DNA of 64,000 nucleotides from an uncultured Acidobacteriota bacterium (GCA_963770895.1 CAVYRF010000001.1:1920001-1984000), one strand, 5' to 3'. Shown: positions 1 to 10,323, counted from the first letter of the stretch. Notes: generated from the letters alone by a model not told the origin. Numbers and translations are program-made.

Positions 1-1
1 G

Positions 2-307
2 ATCGACCGCATCTCCATCGTCGACATGGGCGGCAGCGGCCAGGGGGTCAACCGCATTGCCGAGCTGGTGCCGCAGGTGGTGTTCAACGTCCTGGCGCAG
101 CTCAAGGCGCGCGGGGTGGACCTGTCCGGCTTGCTGCAGCTGCTCAAGATCGACGGCAGCGGCCTCGAAAGCCTGCTGGCAGGGGTCGAGCCCGGCGGCG
201 GGCGCTCGCACGCAGCGACGGCGCGCCCCGCCCCGCCGGCCGCAACCGGGGTCGTGGTGACCGCGACGCCGACGCCGGAGGTAGCACAGGACCATGGAGC
301 CAAATAG
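2..307 (+). CDS. C-terminal part of a flotillin/SPFH-family protein (5'-truncated by window edge)
   Basis: Open frame from position 2: IDRISIVDMGGSGQGVNRIAELVPQVVFNVLAQLKARGVDLSGLL resembles the bacterial flotillin C-terminus (IDxIxIVD..G, GVDL); Ala/Pro tail follows. Confidence 0.6.
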   Translation: MDRISIVDMGGSGQGVNRIAELVPQVVFNVLAQLKARGVDLSGLLQLLKIDGSGLESLLAGVEPGGGRSHAATARPAPPAATGVVVTATPTPEVAQDHGAK

Positions 308-803
308 GGGACTGGCCAGCGCGGCCTACTCGATCCAGCCCGTCGCGGCGCCGCGGGCGCTGGCCGTCCACTGCGGCGACCCGCGCTTTCAGGAGCCGAT
401 CGCCAAGTTCCTGGCCGGCGAGCTTGGGCTGCAGTCAGGCCAATACGTGCCGCTGGTGGTGGCGGGAGGGGTCGCCTCGCTCATGGCGGGCGACATGCTC
501 CCCAAGGAAGCCAAGTTCGTGCGCGAAGCGGTCGCCCTCTACCTGGATCTCTTCGCCACCCTCGACCGCGTCATCCTGATCAACCACGAAGACTGCGGCA
601 AATATCGGGCCCTGGAGCGCACCCTGCCGTTCTACCTGGGAGCCCGCGGCCAGACCCTCATCGACCGCCAGAGGCTCGACCTCCAGCAGGCCGTCGCCGC
701 CCTCACCGCCCGGCACGGCATCGCCGTCGAGTCCTACTACGCCGCCTTCAGCAACCCCTCCCACACCCTGGTCCACTTCGAAAAGCAGCTCTGGCCGGCC
801 TGA
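294..803 (+). CDS. Putative beta-class carbonic anhydrase-like protein
   Basis: HCGDPR and NHEDCG match the CxDxR / HxxC zinc-binding motifs; VAGG motif between them. Confidence 0.7.
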   Translation: MEPNRGLASAAYSIQPVAAPRALAVHCGDPRFQEPIAKFLAGELGLQSGQYVPLVVAGGVASLMAGDMLPKEAKFVREAVALYLDLFATLDRVILINHEDCGKYRALERTLPFYLGARGQTLIDRQRLDLQQAVAALTARHGIAVESYYAAFSNPSHTLVHFEKQLWPA

Positions 804-823
804 CGGCCCTACAGGAGGAGACG

Positions 824-1231
824 ATGAAGCCGCTAGGCTCCGTGTTCGCCATGCTCGTATTGCTCGCATCGGCCGTTGTGGCCCAGCAGAGCACTTCCGT
901 CGCCGACCTGCCTCCGATTGCCGTCAAGACGGTCCCGCAGAGCGGCGACCTCGCTGTCGACCCGGCGCTCAAGGAGATCACCGTCACCTTCAGCAAGGAC
1001 ATGATCACCAAGGAGATGTGGTCGTGGGCCCAGATCGATGCGGCCTCCTTCCCGAAGCTCGCCGGGAAACCGCGCTTCCTGAGCGACAAACGCACCTGCG
1101 TGCTGCCGGTGCACCTGGAGCCGGGGAAGAGCTATGCGATCTGGATCAACTCAGGGCCCTACAACAACTTCCGTGACGTCGGCAACAGGCCGGCAGTGCC
1201 CTATCTGCTGGCGTTCCAGACCAAACCCTGA
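824..1231 (+). CDS. Exported Ig-like (Big_5/SbsA-like) domain protein
   Basis: AGGAG RBS, signal peptide, VKTVPQSGD..VDP..EITVTFSKDM..LEPGKSY pattern. Confidence 0.65.
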   Translation: MKPLGSVFAMLVLLASAVVAQQSTSVADLPPIAVKTVPQSGDLAVDPALKEITVTFSKDMITKEMWSWAQIDAASFPKLAGKPRFLSDKRTCVLPVHLEPGKSYAIWINSGPYNNFRDVGNRPAVPYLLAFQTKP

Positions 1232-1399
1232 CGGCCGTCGGTCGCAGGCTCCGGCGCGACGGCGCCCAGAGCGCCTGGCGGGCCGCCCGTGGCGCCGGCG
1301 CGGGATCGCATGTACACTCAAGCATGGATTGCTCCGCGCAGGTCGGTGGCCGGTGATGGGACGGGGGCGGCGCCGCGCCTGGGGGAGCGGGAGGTTCGC

Positions 1400-1870
1400 A
1401 TGAGCCGGCGGCAGGCAGGGTCGGGTTTCACGATGGTCGAGCTGGTGGTGGTGATCGCCATTGCGGCGGTGCTGATGGCGATCAGCATGCCGGCGCTGCT
1501 CAATACGGCGCAGAGGTACAAGGTCCATTCGTCGGCGCAGACGGCCGAGATGCTGGCGCGGCAGGCGCGGTTCCAGGCCATCCAGCTGGGCCAGCAGGTG
1601 TCGCTGGTGCCGGATACGGTGCACGGCAGTTTCTACGTGACGTCGTTGACGTCGCCGTGGAGCTTCCCCAACGGGGCGCAGAGCATTCCGCCGACGCAGC
1701 GCCTGGCGGTCTGGGAGGTGCCCACCGGCGTCACCTTCACGGGTCCGGCGTTCAGCTTCAACTCGGACGGTTCGGGCACCGGCGGGCCGATGGTGTTCAG
1801 CTATCCGAACCAGCCCAGCTCGACGGTGACGATGACGTCGACCGCCACCGGCAAGTTGACGCTCCAGTAG
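1400..1870 (+). CDS. Prepilin-type (GspH/FimT-like) minor pilin/pseudopilin
   Basis: GGAGG RBS; MSRRQAGSG|FTMVELVVVIAI class III signal peptide with E5; FSFNSDG near C-terminus. Confidence 0.85.
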   Translation: MSRRQAGSGFTMVELVVVIAIAAVLMAISMPALLNTAQRYKVHSSAQTAEMLARQARFQAIQLGQQVSLVPDTVHGSFYVTSLTSPWSFPNGAQSIPPTQRLAVWEVPTGVTFTGPAFSFNSDGSGTGGPMVFSYPNQPSSTVTMTSTATGKLTLQ

Positions 1871-2481
1871 TGTCCCCCGCCGCAGACCGCGCGGTCGCCA
1901 TCTGGCGCATTGGGAGCGTCGCACTGCTTGGCTGCCTCTGCGCCGCCGCGCTGGCCGGCGCCGGTGGCTGTGCATCGAGTGGGGGCCGGGGTCACGGTGG
2001 TGGCGGAGGGAACGGCAGCCGCTATACCGATCCGATCGCCCAGATCACGTTGCACGACGGCAAGCCGGGGTGGGGCGGCTTCCAGATCGGCATGACGTTC
2101 CACGACGCCCAGGCGGCCGCGGGCCGGCGGCTGCCGTCGCTCGGCCTGGAAGCGCCCGATCCGACCTGCGGCTTCATCATGGTGGACATCTCGCCGCTGG
2201 TGCGCCAACCGCTGCGCCTGGAGTTCGAGCCGGGCGGCGACGCGGCGCGCCTCAAGGCGATCTGGCTGCTGCTGCCGGACCGCTCGGGGCAGGGGAGCGC
2301 GACCGAAACGGTCCGCGCCCTCAGGGCGCGGTTCCCCAGCCTGTCGTACTTCGTCAGCGCCACCGGTCCCAGCCTGCCGGAGGCGAACAGCCCGCGCCCG
2401 GTCTACCGCCTGCCGGGCGGCGCGCAGTTCCTGGTCGATCCGCGGCTGGGCGTCTACTTCGGCGATCTCTGTTTCAGCTAG
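1870..2481 (+). CDS. Hypothetical exported/lipoprotein
   Basis: GTG overlapping the pilin stop; hydrophobic stretch then AGGC(ASS) lipobox-like site; typical GC3-rich codon usage. Confidence 0.6.
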   Translation: MSPAADRAVAIWRIGSVALLGCLCAAALAGAGGCASSGGRGHGGGGGNGSRYTDPIAQITLHDGKPGWGGFQIGMTFHDAQAAAGRRLPSLGLEAPDPTCGFIMVDISPLVRQPLRLEFEPGGDAARLKAIWLLLPDRSGQGSATETVRALRARFPSLSYFVSATGPSLPEANSPRPVYRLPGGAQFLVDPRLGVYFGDLCFS

Positions 2482-3926
2482 TGGCCTGAATCGGCACTGC
2501 CGCCCAGGTCCCAACCCGCGGCGGCGCAGTCGGGCACGGCGACGCCGTGCAGCCAGGCGCCCAGGATGGTGAGGCCGGGGCAGGCACGCTCCAGGCCGGC
2601 CGCCGCGTCGCGTGCCTCGGGCCAGCGGCGGTCGGGCTGCGGGATGCCGGGGACCCAGCGCCGCACCAGGGTGATCGCCGGCCCGCCCCGGATGCCGAGC
2701 AGCGCCGCAAGCTCCTGCTGCGCCAGAGCCGCCAGGTCGGCGTCGGAGCGCTCGACCAGCCGCGGCTGGCGGCGGCCGCCGATCATCGCGGTGAGCAGCA
2801 CGTGGCCGGTCGGTGCGCGGTCGGGGAAGAGCGACGACGGGAACAGGCAGCCCAGCACCTGGCGACCCTCCCGGTGCGGAGCGAGAAAGCCGAAGCCGTC
2901 CAGCGGGTGGGCGACCTGCGCCCGCGCATAGCCCAGGGCGACGACCGCCACCGGCGCATGCGGGATGCCGGCGATGGCAGCCATGGCTCCGCCTGAGCCG
3001 TCGCCGGCGCTCGGGCTACCCTCGCCGCGCCCGGCGCCGTCCGCATGGTCGAACATCCCGGCGTGCGGTGGGGAAGAGGCGGGGCCGCCGCCCGCGCCCA
3101 AGGCCGCGAGCGGCGCCAGCAGGGCGGCGGTGGGGCCGGCGGGCAGGGCGGTGATCAGGCGCGGCGCGGTCAGCAGCAGGTCGCGGTCGCCGGTGCGGGC
3201 GGCGACCTGGAAGCGCCCGGCGCCGTCGCGCGCGATCTCCAGGACGCTGGTGTCGCAGCGCAGGTCAAGGCCGTCCGCCAGGCGCTGCGCCAGGGCCGCG
3301 AAGCCGCCGCGAAAGGCGAACAGCCGCCGCGCCGCCGCGGGCCCGGCGCGCAGCATGCCGCGCAGCAGGCTGCCGTGCTCGCGCTCCAGGGCATAGGCGC
3401 GGCGGAAGGCAAAGCCGACCGCCAGCTCGTCGGGGTCGCCGGCGAACACGCCCAGACCCATGGCGTCGGCGAGCGGCGCCGCCTCGCGCCCCAGGCGGCG
3501 ATGAAAGAACGCCGCGACGCTCTCATGCGGTCCCGAGCCGCGCCGGCGCCAGGGCTCGGTCGCCAGGCGCGCCTTGCCGCGCCAGGTGAACAGCGGCGAG
3601 GTCAGCAGGCCCGGCGGCCCGGCGGGAAGCGCCGTCAGCCGGCCGCGGTGGACCAGGAAGCGCCGCTTGGCGGCGGGCGAGGCGGCAAACAGGTCGCCGG
3701 CGCAGCCGGCGTCGCGCGCCAGCGCCAGGAGCGCCGGTGACTCCTGCACCGTGTTGGGACCCAGCTCGGCCAGAAATCCATCCTGCGCGACGCTGACCAG
3801 CGCCCCGCCCGGCCGGCTCGCCGCCTCCAGCACGATCACCTGCGTGCCGGCGCGCCGCAGCGCCCGCGCCGCCGCCAAACCGCTGATGCCGGCGCCGATC
3901 ACGATCGCGCCGGCCTGCGAGATCAC
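2478..3926 (-). CDS. hemY: FAD-dependent protoporphyrinogen/coproporphyrinogen oxidase (HemY type)
   Basis: IVIGAGISGLAAA dinucleotide motif, ELGPNT, GFGFLAP, SSLFPDRAP; GTG start coupled to hemE stop. Confidence 0.9.
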   Translation of the reverse strand: MISQAGAIVIGAGISGLAAARALRRAGTQVIVLEAASRPGGALVSVAQDGFLAELGPNTVQESPALLALARDAGCAGDLFAASPAAKRRFLVHRGRLTALPAGPPGLLTSPLFTWRGKARLATEPWRRRGSGPHESVAAFFHRRLGREAAPLADAMGLGVFAGDPDELAVGFAFRRAYALEREHGSLLRGMLRAGPAAARRLFAFRGGFAALAQRLADGLDLRCDTSVLEIARDGAGRFQVAARTGDRDLLLTAPRLITALPAGPTAALLAPLAALGAGGGPASSPPHAGMFDHADGAGRGEGSPSAGDGSGGAMAAIAGIPHAPVAVVALGYARAQVAHPLDGFGFLAPHREGRQVLGCLFPSSLFPDRAPTGHVLLTAMIGGRRQPRLVERSDADLAALAQQELAALLGIRGGPAITLVRRWVPGIPQPDRRWPEARDAAAGLERACPGLTILGAWLHGVAVPDCAAAGWDLGGSADSGH

Positions 3927-5092
3927 TAAGCTGCTCCGGCGGTCGGTTTGACGCGGTTCTTGGTGCGGCGCGCTGCCGCGGTGCGGGCTGCCGGCTCGCC
4001 GTGGTCCGCCGTGGGGCGCGAGGCCGGCGCCGGAGAGCCCGCGCCGGCAGCGGTGAGGGCTGGCGCGCCGCCGGTTGCCGTCGACAGGCGCTGGGCGCAC
4101 TCGACGAAGGCGCGGGCGTTGTCGACCGACGTCATCGGCAGGATGCCGTGGCCGAGGTTGACGATGTGGCCGCCGCCCTGGCCGGCGGCGAGCATGGCGG
4201 CGACGCGGCGCTCGATCTCGGCGCGCGGGCCGAGCAGCGCCGCCGGGTCGAGGTTGCCCTGCAACACGCGCCCGCCCAGGTGGCGGCGCACCTGGTCGAG
4301 CGGCAGGCGCCAATCGACCGACACGACGTCGACCGGCAGGCGGGCCATCGCGTCGAGCAGGTGGGAGCTGCCGTGGCTGTAGTAGATGAGCGGCACCTGG
4401 CCGCGCAGGGCGCCGACGATCTTGGCCAGCGGCGGCAGGGCCAGGCTCTGCCAGCGCTCCAGGTCGAGCAGGCCGCCCCAGGTGTCGAACAGCTGGATCG
4501 CCTGCGCCCCCGCGGCGATCTGGCCTTGCAGGTAGGCGACCGAGGTGTCGGCGATGCGGTCGAGCAGCAGCCCCAGCCCTTCGGGGTCGCCGTAGCTCCA
4601 CGCCAGCAGGTGCTCGAAATGGCGCGACCCGCCGCCTTCGACCAGGTAGGCCGCCAGCGTCCAGGGGGTGCCGCCGAAGCCGATCAGCGGCACGCGCCCG
4701 GCCAGCTCGCGGCGCGCCAGGCGCAGCGCGTCAAAGACGTACCCCAGCGTCTCTTCGACGTTGGGCAGGCGCAGGCCGGCGATGTCTTCGCGCCGCCGCA
4801 CCGGCCGCGGGAAGGTCGGCCCGTCGCCGCGCGTGAATTCCAGTTCCGCGCCCATGGCTTCGAGCGGCAGCAGGATGTCGGCAAAGATGATCGCGGCGTC
4901 GACGCCCAGGCGGGCGATCGGTTGCAGCGTCGCCTCCGCGGCCAGCTCGGGCGTCTTGCAGAGGGTGAGGAAATCGACCTTCTGCCGCAGCGCGCGGTAT
5001 TCCGGCAGGTACCGCCCGGCCTGCCGCATGATCCAGACAGGCCGCCGTTCGGTCGGCTCGCCGCGGCAAGCACGCAAGAAGAGATCGCCCAT
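3926..5092 (-). CDS. hemE: Uroporphyrinogen decarboxylase
   Basis: PVWIMRQAGRYLPEY, DAAIIFADIL, QLFDTW, LQGNLDP, NLGHGI signatures. Confidence 0.97.
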   Translation of the reverse strand: MGDLFLRACRGEPTERRPVWIMRQAGRYLPEYRALRQKVDFLTLCKTPELAAEATLQPIARLGVDAAIIFADILLPLEAMGAELEFTRGDGPTFPRPVRRREDIAGLRLPNVEETLGYVFDALRLARRELAGRVPLIGFGGTPWTLAAYLVEGGGSRHFEHLLAWSYGDPEGLGLLLDRIADTSVAYLQGQIAAGAQAIQLFDTWGGLLDLERWQSLALPPLAKIVGALRGQVPLIYYSHGSSHLLDAMARLPVDVVSVDWRLPLDQVRRHLGGRVLQGNLDPAALLGPRAEIERRVAAMLAAGQGGGHIVNLGHGILPMTSVDNARAFVECAQRLSTATGGAPALTAAGAGSPAPASRPTADHGEPAARTAAARRTKNRVKPTAGAA

Positions 5093-5287
5093 CGCGGCAG
5101 GATAGCAGAACGCCGCGGCGCCCCCGGTCCGTGCCGCCCCGCGCTCGGTGCGCGCCGCATCGCCCGCGGCAGGGCGCGGCGGCCGGCCGTCGTGCGTGCC
5201 TGCCTGTCGCGCCCGCCGCGCGATGCCGCGTACGTTGGTCCGGCTGCGTCCGGCGCCATATAGTGTGGGAGCTCGAGGAACCCATCC

Positions 5288-6655
5288 ATGTCCGATTCCG
5301 CGCCGCCGCTGCCGCCGCCGTCGCCGGCACTGCCGTCTCCCGACTCGCCCGCCGGGCGCGACGCCGCGCGCGCCGCGCGCTGGGCGCTGACGGTGCTGAC
5401 GCTGATCAACCTGTTCAACTACATCGACCGCTACGTGCCGGCGGCGCTGGTCGAAAGCCTGCGCCGGTCGGAGCTGCACGTCACCGACACGCAGTCGGGC
5501 TTCCTGATGTCCGGCTTCATCGTCGTCTACATGCTGACCTCGCCGATCTTCGGCGTCCTGGGCGACCGCGGGCGGCGCTCGCCCATCGTCGCCGCGGGGA
5601 TCGCGCTGTGGAGCGTTGCGACCGGCCTGGCGGGCCTGGCGCGCAGCTTCGTCTTCCTGGTGACGGCGCGCTCGGCGGTGGGCGTCGGCGAGGCCGCCTA
5701 CGTCACCATCTCGCCGGCGATGCTGGCGGACTCGTTCCCGCGCGCCGCGCGCGGCCGGGTGTTCGCCATCTTCAACGCCGCCATCCCCATCGGCGCCGCG
5801 GCCGGGTACATCCTGGGCGGCCTGGTGGACCATCACTTCGGCTGGCGGGCGGCGTTTTTCATCGCCGGCTTTCCGGGGCTGCTGCTGGCGCTGCTGATGT
5901 GGCGCCTGCCCGATCCGCCGCGCGGCGCCCAGGACACCGCAGAAGACATCGACGGGGTCGACGGGGACGTCGCGCCGAGCGCAGCGGGAGCGGCAGCCGG
6001 CGGCCGGCCATCGCTGCTGTCCGTGTACCGCGACCTGGCGCTGCGCAACCGCGCCTTCCGGCTGACCGTGCTGGGCTACGCCGCCTACACCTTCGCGCTG
6101 GGCGCCCTGGCCTACTGGACGCCTGCCTTCCTGGCGCGCGAACGCGGCATGCCGCCGGCGCAGGCGTCGATCCAGTTCGGCCTGATCGCCGTCGCCACCG
6201 GCTTTGTCGGCACCTTTGCCGGCGGCTGGCTGGGCGACATCCTGCTGCGCCGCTACGAGGAGGCCTACCTGTGGGTGTCGGGGCTCGCCACCCTGGCCGC
6301 GGCGCCGGTCGCGCTGGTGGCCTTCACCGCCACCTCGCGCCCGGTCTACCTGAGCGCGATCGTCGGCGCCGAGCTGCTGCTGTTCGTGTCCACCGGGCCC
6401 GTCAACTCGGCGCTGGTCAACGTCGTCTCACCGGCCCGCCGCGCCACCGCCATGGCCTTCAACACCCTGATGATCCACCTGCTGGGCGACGTCCCCTCGC
6501 CGCCGCTGATCGGCTGGCTTTCCGACCGCAGCTCGCTCGCGCGCGCCTTCCTGGTGCTGCCGGTGATGATGGTGGTGTCGGGCCTGATCTGGAGCTACGC
6601 CGCCTGGAGCGCGCCGCGCCACGCGCGCCGCCAGGCGCCCCACCAGGCGCGCTAG
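5288..6655 (+). CDS. MFS transporter (spinster-like)
   Basis: NLFNYIDR, GVLGDRGRR, VGVGEA motifs; about 12 hydrophobic segments. Confidence 0.9.
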   Translation: MSDSAPPLPPPSPALPSPDSPAGRDAARAARWALTVLTLINLFNYIDRYVPAALVESLRRSELHVTDTQSGFLMSGFIVVYMLTSPIFGVLGDRGRRSPIVAAGIALWSVATGLAGLARSFVFLVTARSAVGVGEAAYVTISPAMLADSFPRAARGRVFAIFNAAIPIGAAAGYILGGLVDHHFGWRAAFFIAGFPGLLLALLMWRLPDPPRGAQDTAEDIDGVDGDVAPSAAGAAAGGRPSLLSVYRDLALRNRAFRLTVLGYAAYTFALGALAYWTPAFLARERGMPPAQASIQFGLIAVATGFVGTFAGGWLGDILLRRYEEAYLWVSGLATLAAAPVALVAFTATSRPVYLSAIVGAELLLFVSTGPVNSALVNVVSPARRATAMAFNTLMIHLLGDVPSPPLIGWLSDRSSLARAFLVLPVMMVVSGLIWSYAAWSAPRHARRQAPHQAR

Positions 6656-6680
6656 AGCGGCTATACTTCCTGGCCGCGCC

Positions 6681-8315
6681 ATGCCGACTTCCCTCGCCAT
6701 CGACGGCACCTCCCTGACCCTGGAATCCTTTGGCCGCGTGGTGCTGCAGGGCACGGCCTGCGAGCTGGCGCCCGGCGCGCGCGAGCGGGTGCGGCAGGGG
6801 CGCCGGGTGATCGAGCGTGCGGTGGCCGGCGGCCAGGTGGTGTACGGCCTCAACACCGGCTTCGGCGAGCTGGCGCAGGTGCGCATCGATCCCGACAAGC
6901 TGCTGGCGTTGCAGCGGCGCCTGCTGCTGTCGCATGCCGCCGGCGTCGGCGAGCCGCTCCCCGACGCGGCGGTGCGAGGGATGCTGCTGCTGCGCGCCAA
7001 CACCTTGGCGCGCGGCCATTCGGGCGTCCGCCCCGAGCTCATCGACGCGCTGCTCGCGCTGCTCAACAACGACGTGCTGCCGGTCGTCCCCAGCCGCGGC
7101 TCGGTCGGCGCCAGCGGCGACCTGGCGCCCCTGGCGCACCTGGCGCTGCCGCTCATCGGCCACGGCACGGTGCGCGTCGGCGGCGCCGTCCTGGCCGCCG
7201 AAGACGGCCTGCGCCGCGCCGGGCTGGTGCCGCTGACGCTCCAGGCCAAGGAAGGGCTGGCGTTGATCAACGGCACCCAGGCGATGACCTCGCTGCTCGC
7301 CCTGGCGGCGCTCGAGGCGCGGCGGCTGGTGCGCACCGCCGACCTGGCCGGCGCCATGTCGGCCGACGCGCTGCGCGGCACCGACTGCGCCTTCGACGCG
7401 CGCATCCACGCGCTGCGGCCCTATCCCGGCCAGCGCGCCAGCGCCGCCAATCTGTGGCGGCTGCTGCAGGGTTCGGCCATCCGCGAATCGCACCGCGAAG
7501 GCGACGTGCGCGTGCAGGACCCGTATTCGATCCGCTGCATGCCGCAGGTGCACGGCGCCGTGCGCGACCTTCTGGCCGACGTCGAAGCCAAGCTGGCGAT
7601 CGAGATCAACGCCGTCACCGACAACCCGCTGGTGGTCGGCGCCGGCCCTGGCGCCATGCCGGGCACCGATGCAGTGGGTGCGGACGGTGCGCTCGATGCA
7701 CTCTATGCAATCAACGCGGGCGATGCGGCCGGCGGGGAAGCCGGCTACGGCGGTGACGGCGACGTCGTGCTGTCGGGCGGCAACTTCCACGGCGAGCCGA
7801 TGGCGCTGGCCGCCGACATCCTGGCGATCGCGCTCGCCGAGCTCGGCGCGATCGCCGAACGCCGCATCGAAAAGCTGACCAACGCCGCCTTTTCGGGCCT
7901 GCCGCCGTTTCTGGTGCGCGGCGCCGGGCTCGATTCCGGCTTCATGATCGCGCACGTCACCGCGGCGGCGCTCGCCAGCGAGAACAAGGGGCTGGCGCAT
8001 CCCGCTTCGGTGGATTCGATCCCCACCTCGGCGGACAAGGAAGACCACGTGTCGATGGGCATGGGCGCGGCGCTCAAGCTCGGCAGGGTGGTGGACAACG
8101 TGCGCTGGCTGCTGGCGATCGAGCTGACCGCGGCGGCCCAGGGCATCGACCTGCTGCGCCCGCTCACCTCCAGCCTGCCGCTCGAAGCGGTGCACGCTTC
8201 GCTGCGCACCCGCATCGCGCCCTGGGACCAGGACCGCGAGATGGCCCCCGACCTGGCCGCCGCCCACGACTTCCTCCACGCCGCCATCGACCCCCACCTG
8301 CAAGAGCTGCTCTAG
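6681..8315 (+). CDS. hutH: Histidine ammonia-lyase
   Basis: YGLNTGFG, GSVGASGDLAPL (MIO), KEGLALINGT, VQDPYSIRC, SGGNFHG, EDHVSMG; hutU nearby. Confidence 0.95.
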   Translation: MPTSLAIDGTSLTLESFGRVVLQGTACELAPGARERVRQGRRVIERAVAGGQVVYGLNTGFGELAQVRIDPDKLLALQRRLLLSHAAGVGEPLPDAAVRGMLLLRANTLARGHSGVRPELIDALLALLNNDVLPVVPSRGSVGASGDLAPLAHLALPLIGHGTVRVGGAVLAAEDGLRRAGLVPLTLQAKEGLALINGTQAMTSLLALAALEARRLVRTADLAGAMSADALRGTDCAFDARIHALRPYPGQRASAANLWRLLQGSAIRESHREGDVRVQDPYSIRCMPQVHGAVRDLLADVEAKLAIEINAVTDNPLVVGAGPGAMPGTDAVGADGALDALYAINAGDAAGGEAGYGGDGDVVLSGGNFHGEPMALAADILAIALAELGAIAERRIEKLTNAAFSGLPPFLVRGAGLDSGFMIAHVTAAALASENKGLAHPASVDSIPTSADKEDHVSMGMGAALKLGRVVDNVRWLLAIELTAAAQGIDLLRPLTSSLPLEAVHASLRTRIAPWDQDREMAPDLAAAHDFLHAAIDPHLQELL

Positions 8316-8493
8316 CCCCGTCGCCAGGTGCATCGCCGTCAGCGCCACGCCGGCGCCGTCAGCGCCGCCGGGGCGGAATACCTTGGTCGCGTATCGTTGT
8401 CGCGCCATCGACGCACCATTCTTGGAGAGCCCTTTGCGGGCCGGCCGCACGGCGCCGGCGGATCGGGGAAGGGTGGGCTAGAATCGACCACTC

Positions 8494-10323
8494 ATGTTGC
8501 GTCTTGTTGCCTATGCTCCTGACGGAGTGCGGCGGTTTCCGCTGCTGCGTACCGATCTGCTCATCGGCAGCTCGCCCGAGTGCGATCTCTGCCTGCCCTA
8601 CACCGGGGTGGCGCAGCGCCATGCCCGCCTGCGTTTCGAAGGCGACTCCCTGCACATCGAGGACCTGGGCAGCCGCAAGGGGCTCTTGGTGTCCGGCCGC
8701 AAGGTGCGCGAATCCGAGCTGGCGGTGCTCGACGAGATCCGCATCGGCAACGTGACGCTCCTGGTCGAAGACATCGTCGCGACGCCGGAGCGGGGCGCCG
8801 GCACCGGCGATGGCGACGGCGCCGCGGCGCCGCCGCAGCCGTCGGCGCTGGTGGCGCCGCCGCGCATGGCGCCGCAGCGCATGATCGAGCACCTGACGCG
8901 CATCAGCGAGTGGGTGTTGGCCGACGTCGAAAGCCGCACCTCCTCGGAGGCGCTGCTGTCGCAGCTACTGGCCGATTTCGGCGGCGGCAGCCTGTTCCTG
9001 CTGGTCGGCGAAATGCAGCAGCCGATCATCAAGCTGGTGGTGGCGACCGATCCGCTGTGGCTGAGCCGCGGCGAAGAGCTGCTCGAGCAGGTGCGTGGCT
9101 ACCGCAACAACGGCGGCGGCAGCGGCAACGGCGCCGGCTTCGCCGGCGAGATGGCGGGAGCCGCGGCCTGGATCTGCTACCACACGTTCACCGCCCTGGA
9201 CCGCATCTACACGCTGATGACGGCGCTGCCCGGCTACACCCCCGACGCCTGGTCGCCGGTCGCCGCGCTGCGCTCCCTGGGTCACCTGCTGGTGTTCGGG
9301 CTGGTGCACCACCTGGGGTGGTACGAGCCGATCCTGCTCGGCAACCTGACCCAGCAGGACCTGGCGCTGGCACCCGGCCTGGTCCTGGGGGAATCGCCGG
9401 CGATGAAGGCGGTCGCCGATCAGCTGCGCATGGCGATCGGCCTGGGCGGCCACGTGCTGCTGCGCGGCGAAGCCGGGGTGGGCAAGGAGCCGCTCGCCCG
9501 CTCGCTCCACCTGTCGGGCTCGCGCCGCCAGGGCCCCTTCGTCGCCGCCACCTGCGCCGGCGCCCGGCCGCAGCAGATCGAAGCCGACCTGTTCGGCGCC
9601 GAGGTGGCGGGCAAGGGTGGGGTGGTGCGGCGCGAGGGCAAGCTCCTGCTGGCGCACGGCGGCACGCTGTTCCTCGACGAAGTCGAAGCGCTGCCGCTCG
9701 ACGTGCAGGCGCGGCTGGTGCGCTTCCTGCGCTCCGGCGAGGTGGAACCCAGCGGCAGCGAGCTGGCGACGCCGGTCGACGTGCGCATCATCGCCGGCAG
9801 CCGGTCGCCGCTCGAAGAGGCGGCGGCGCGCGACGAGTTCCGCGTCGACCTGGCCTACCGCCTGTCGCGGTTCGCCATCGTGGTGCCGCCGTTGCGCGAG
9901 CGGCGCGAAGACCTGCCGCTGCTCATCCAATCCTTCATCAACCGGTTCTGCCATGAGAGCGGCAAGCGCATGACCGGCATCACCGTCAAGGCCATGTCGT
10001 CGCTGCTCAACTACGACTATCCGGGCAACGTCGCCGAGCTGGAAAACATCGTGCGCCACCTGGTCTACCTGTCTCCCGCCGGCCGCCCGGTGGACGTCAG
10101 CCTGCTGCCCGAAAAGGTGCGGCGCGGCAGCCTGGTCGCCGCCGCCCGCGTCGACGTCGACTCCGACCTGGACCTGGAGCGGCTGGTCGCCGGCTGCGAG
10201 CAGGCCGCCATCCGCGAAGCCCTGCGCCGCACCCACGGCAACAAGTCGCAAGCCGCGCGCCTGCTCGGCCTGTCGCGCAACGGCCTGGCCATGAAGATGG
10301 ACCGCCACGCCCTCAAGGGGTAG
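8494..10323 (+). CDS. FHA-domain, sigma54-activator-type AAA+ transcriptional regulator with Fis-type HTH
   Basis: N-terminal FHA-like (LIGS..HARL..IEDLGS..G), Walker A GEAGVGKE, Walker B LFLDEV, FRVDLAYRL, YPGNVAELEN, GNKSQAARLLGLSR. Confidence 0.9.
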   Translation: MLRLVAYAPDGVRRFPLLRTDLLIGSSPECDLCLPYTGVAQRHARLRFEGDSLHIEDLGSRKGLLVSGRKVRESELAVLDEIRIGNVTLLVEDIVATPERGAGTGDGDGAAAPPQPSALVAPPRMAPQRMIEHLTRISEWVLADVESRTSSEALLSQLLADFGGGSLFLLVGEMQQPIIKLVVATDPLWLSRGEELLEQVRGYRNNGGGSGNGAGFAGEMAGAAAWICYHTFTALDRIYTLMTALPGYTPDAWSPVAALRSLGHLLVFGLVHHLGWYEPILLGNLTQQDLALAPGLVLGESPAMKAVADQLRMAIGLGGHVLLRGEAGVGKEPLARSLHLSGSRRQGPFVAATCAGARPQQIEADLFGAEVAGKGGVVRREGKLLLAHGGTLFLDEVEALPLDVQARLVRFLRSGEVEPSGSELATPVDVRIIAGSRSPLEEAAARDEFRVDLAYRLSRFAIVVPPLRERREDLPLLIQSFINRFCHESGKRMTGITVKAMSSLLNYDYPGNVAELENIVRHLVYLSPAGRPVDVSLLPEKVRRGSLVAAARVDVDSDLDLERLVAGCEQAAIREALRRTHGNKSQAARLLGLSRNGLAMKMDRHALKG

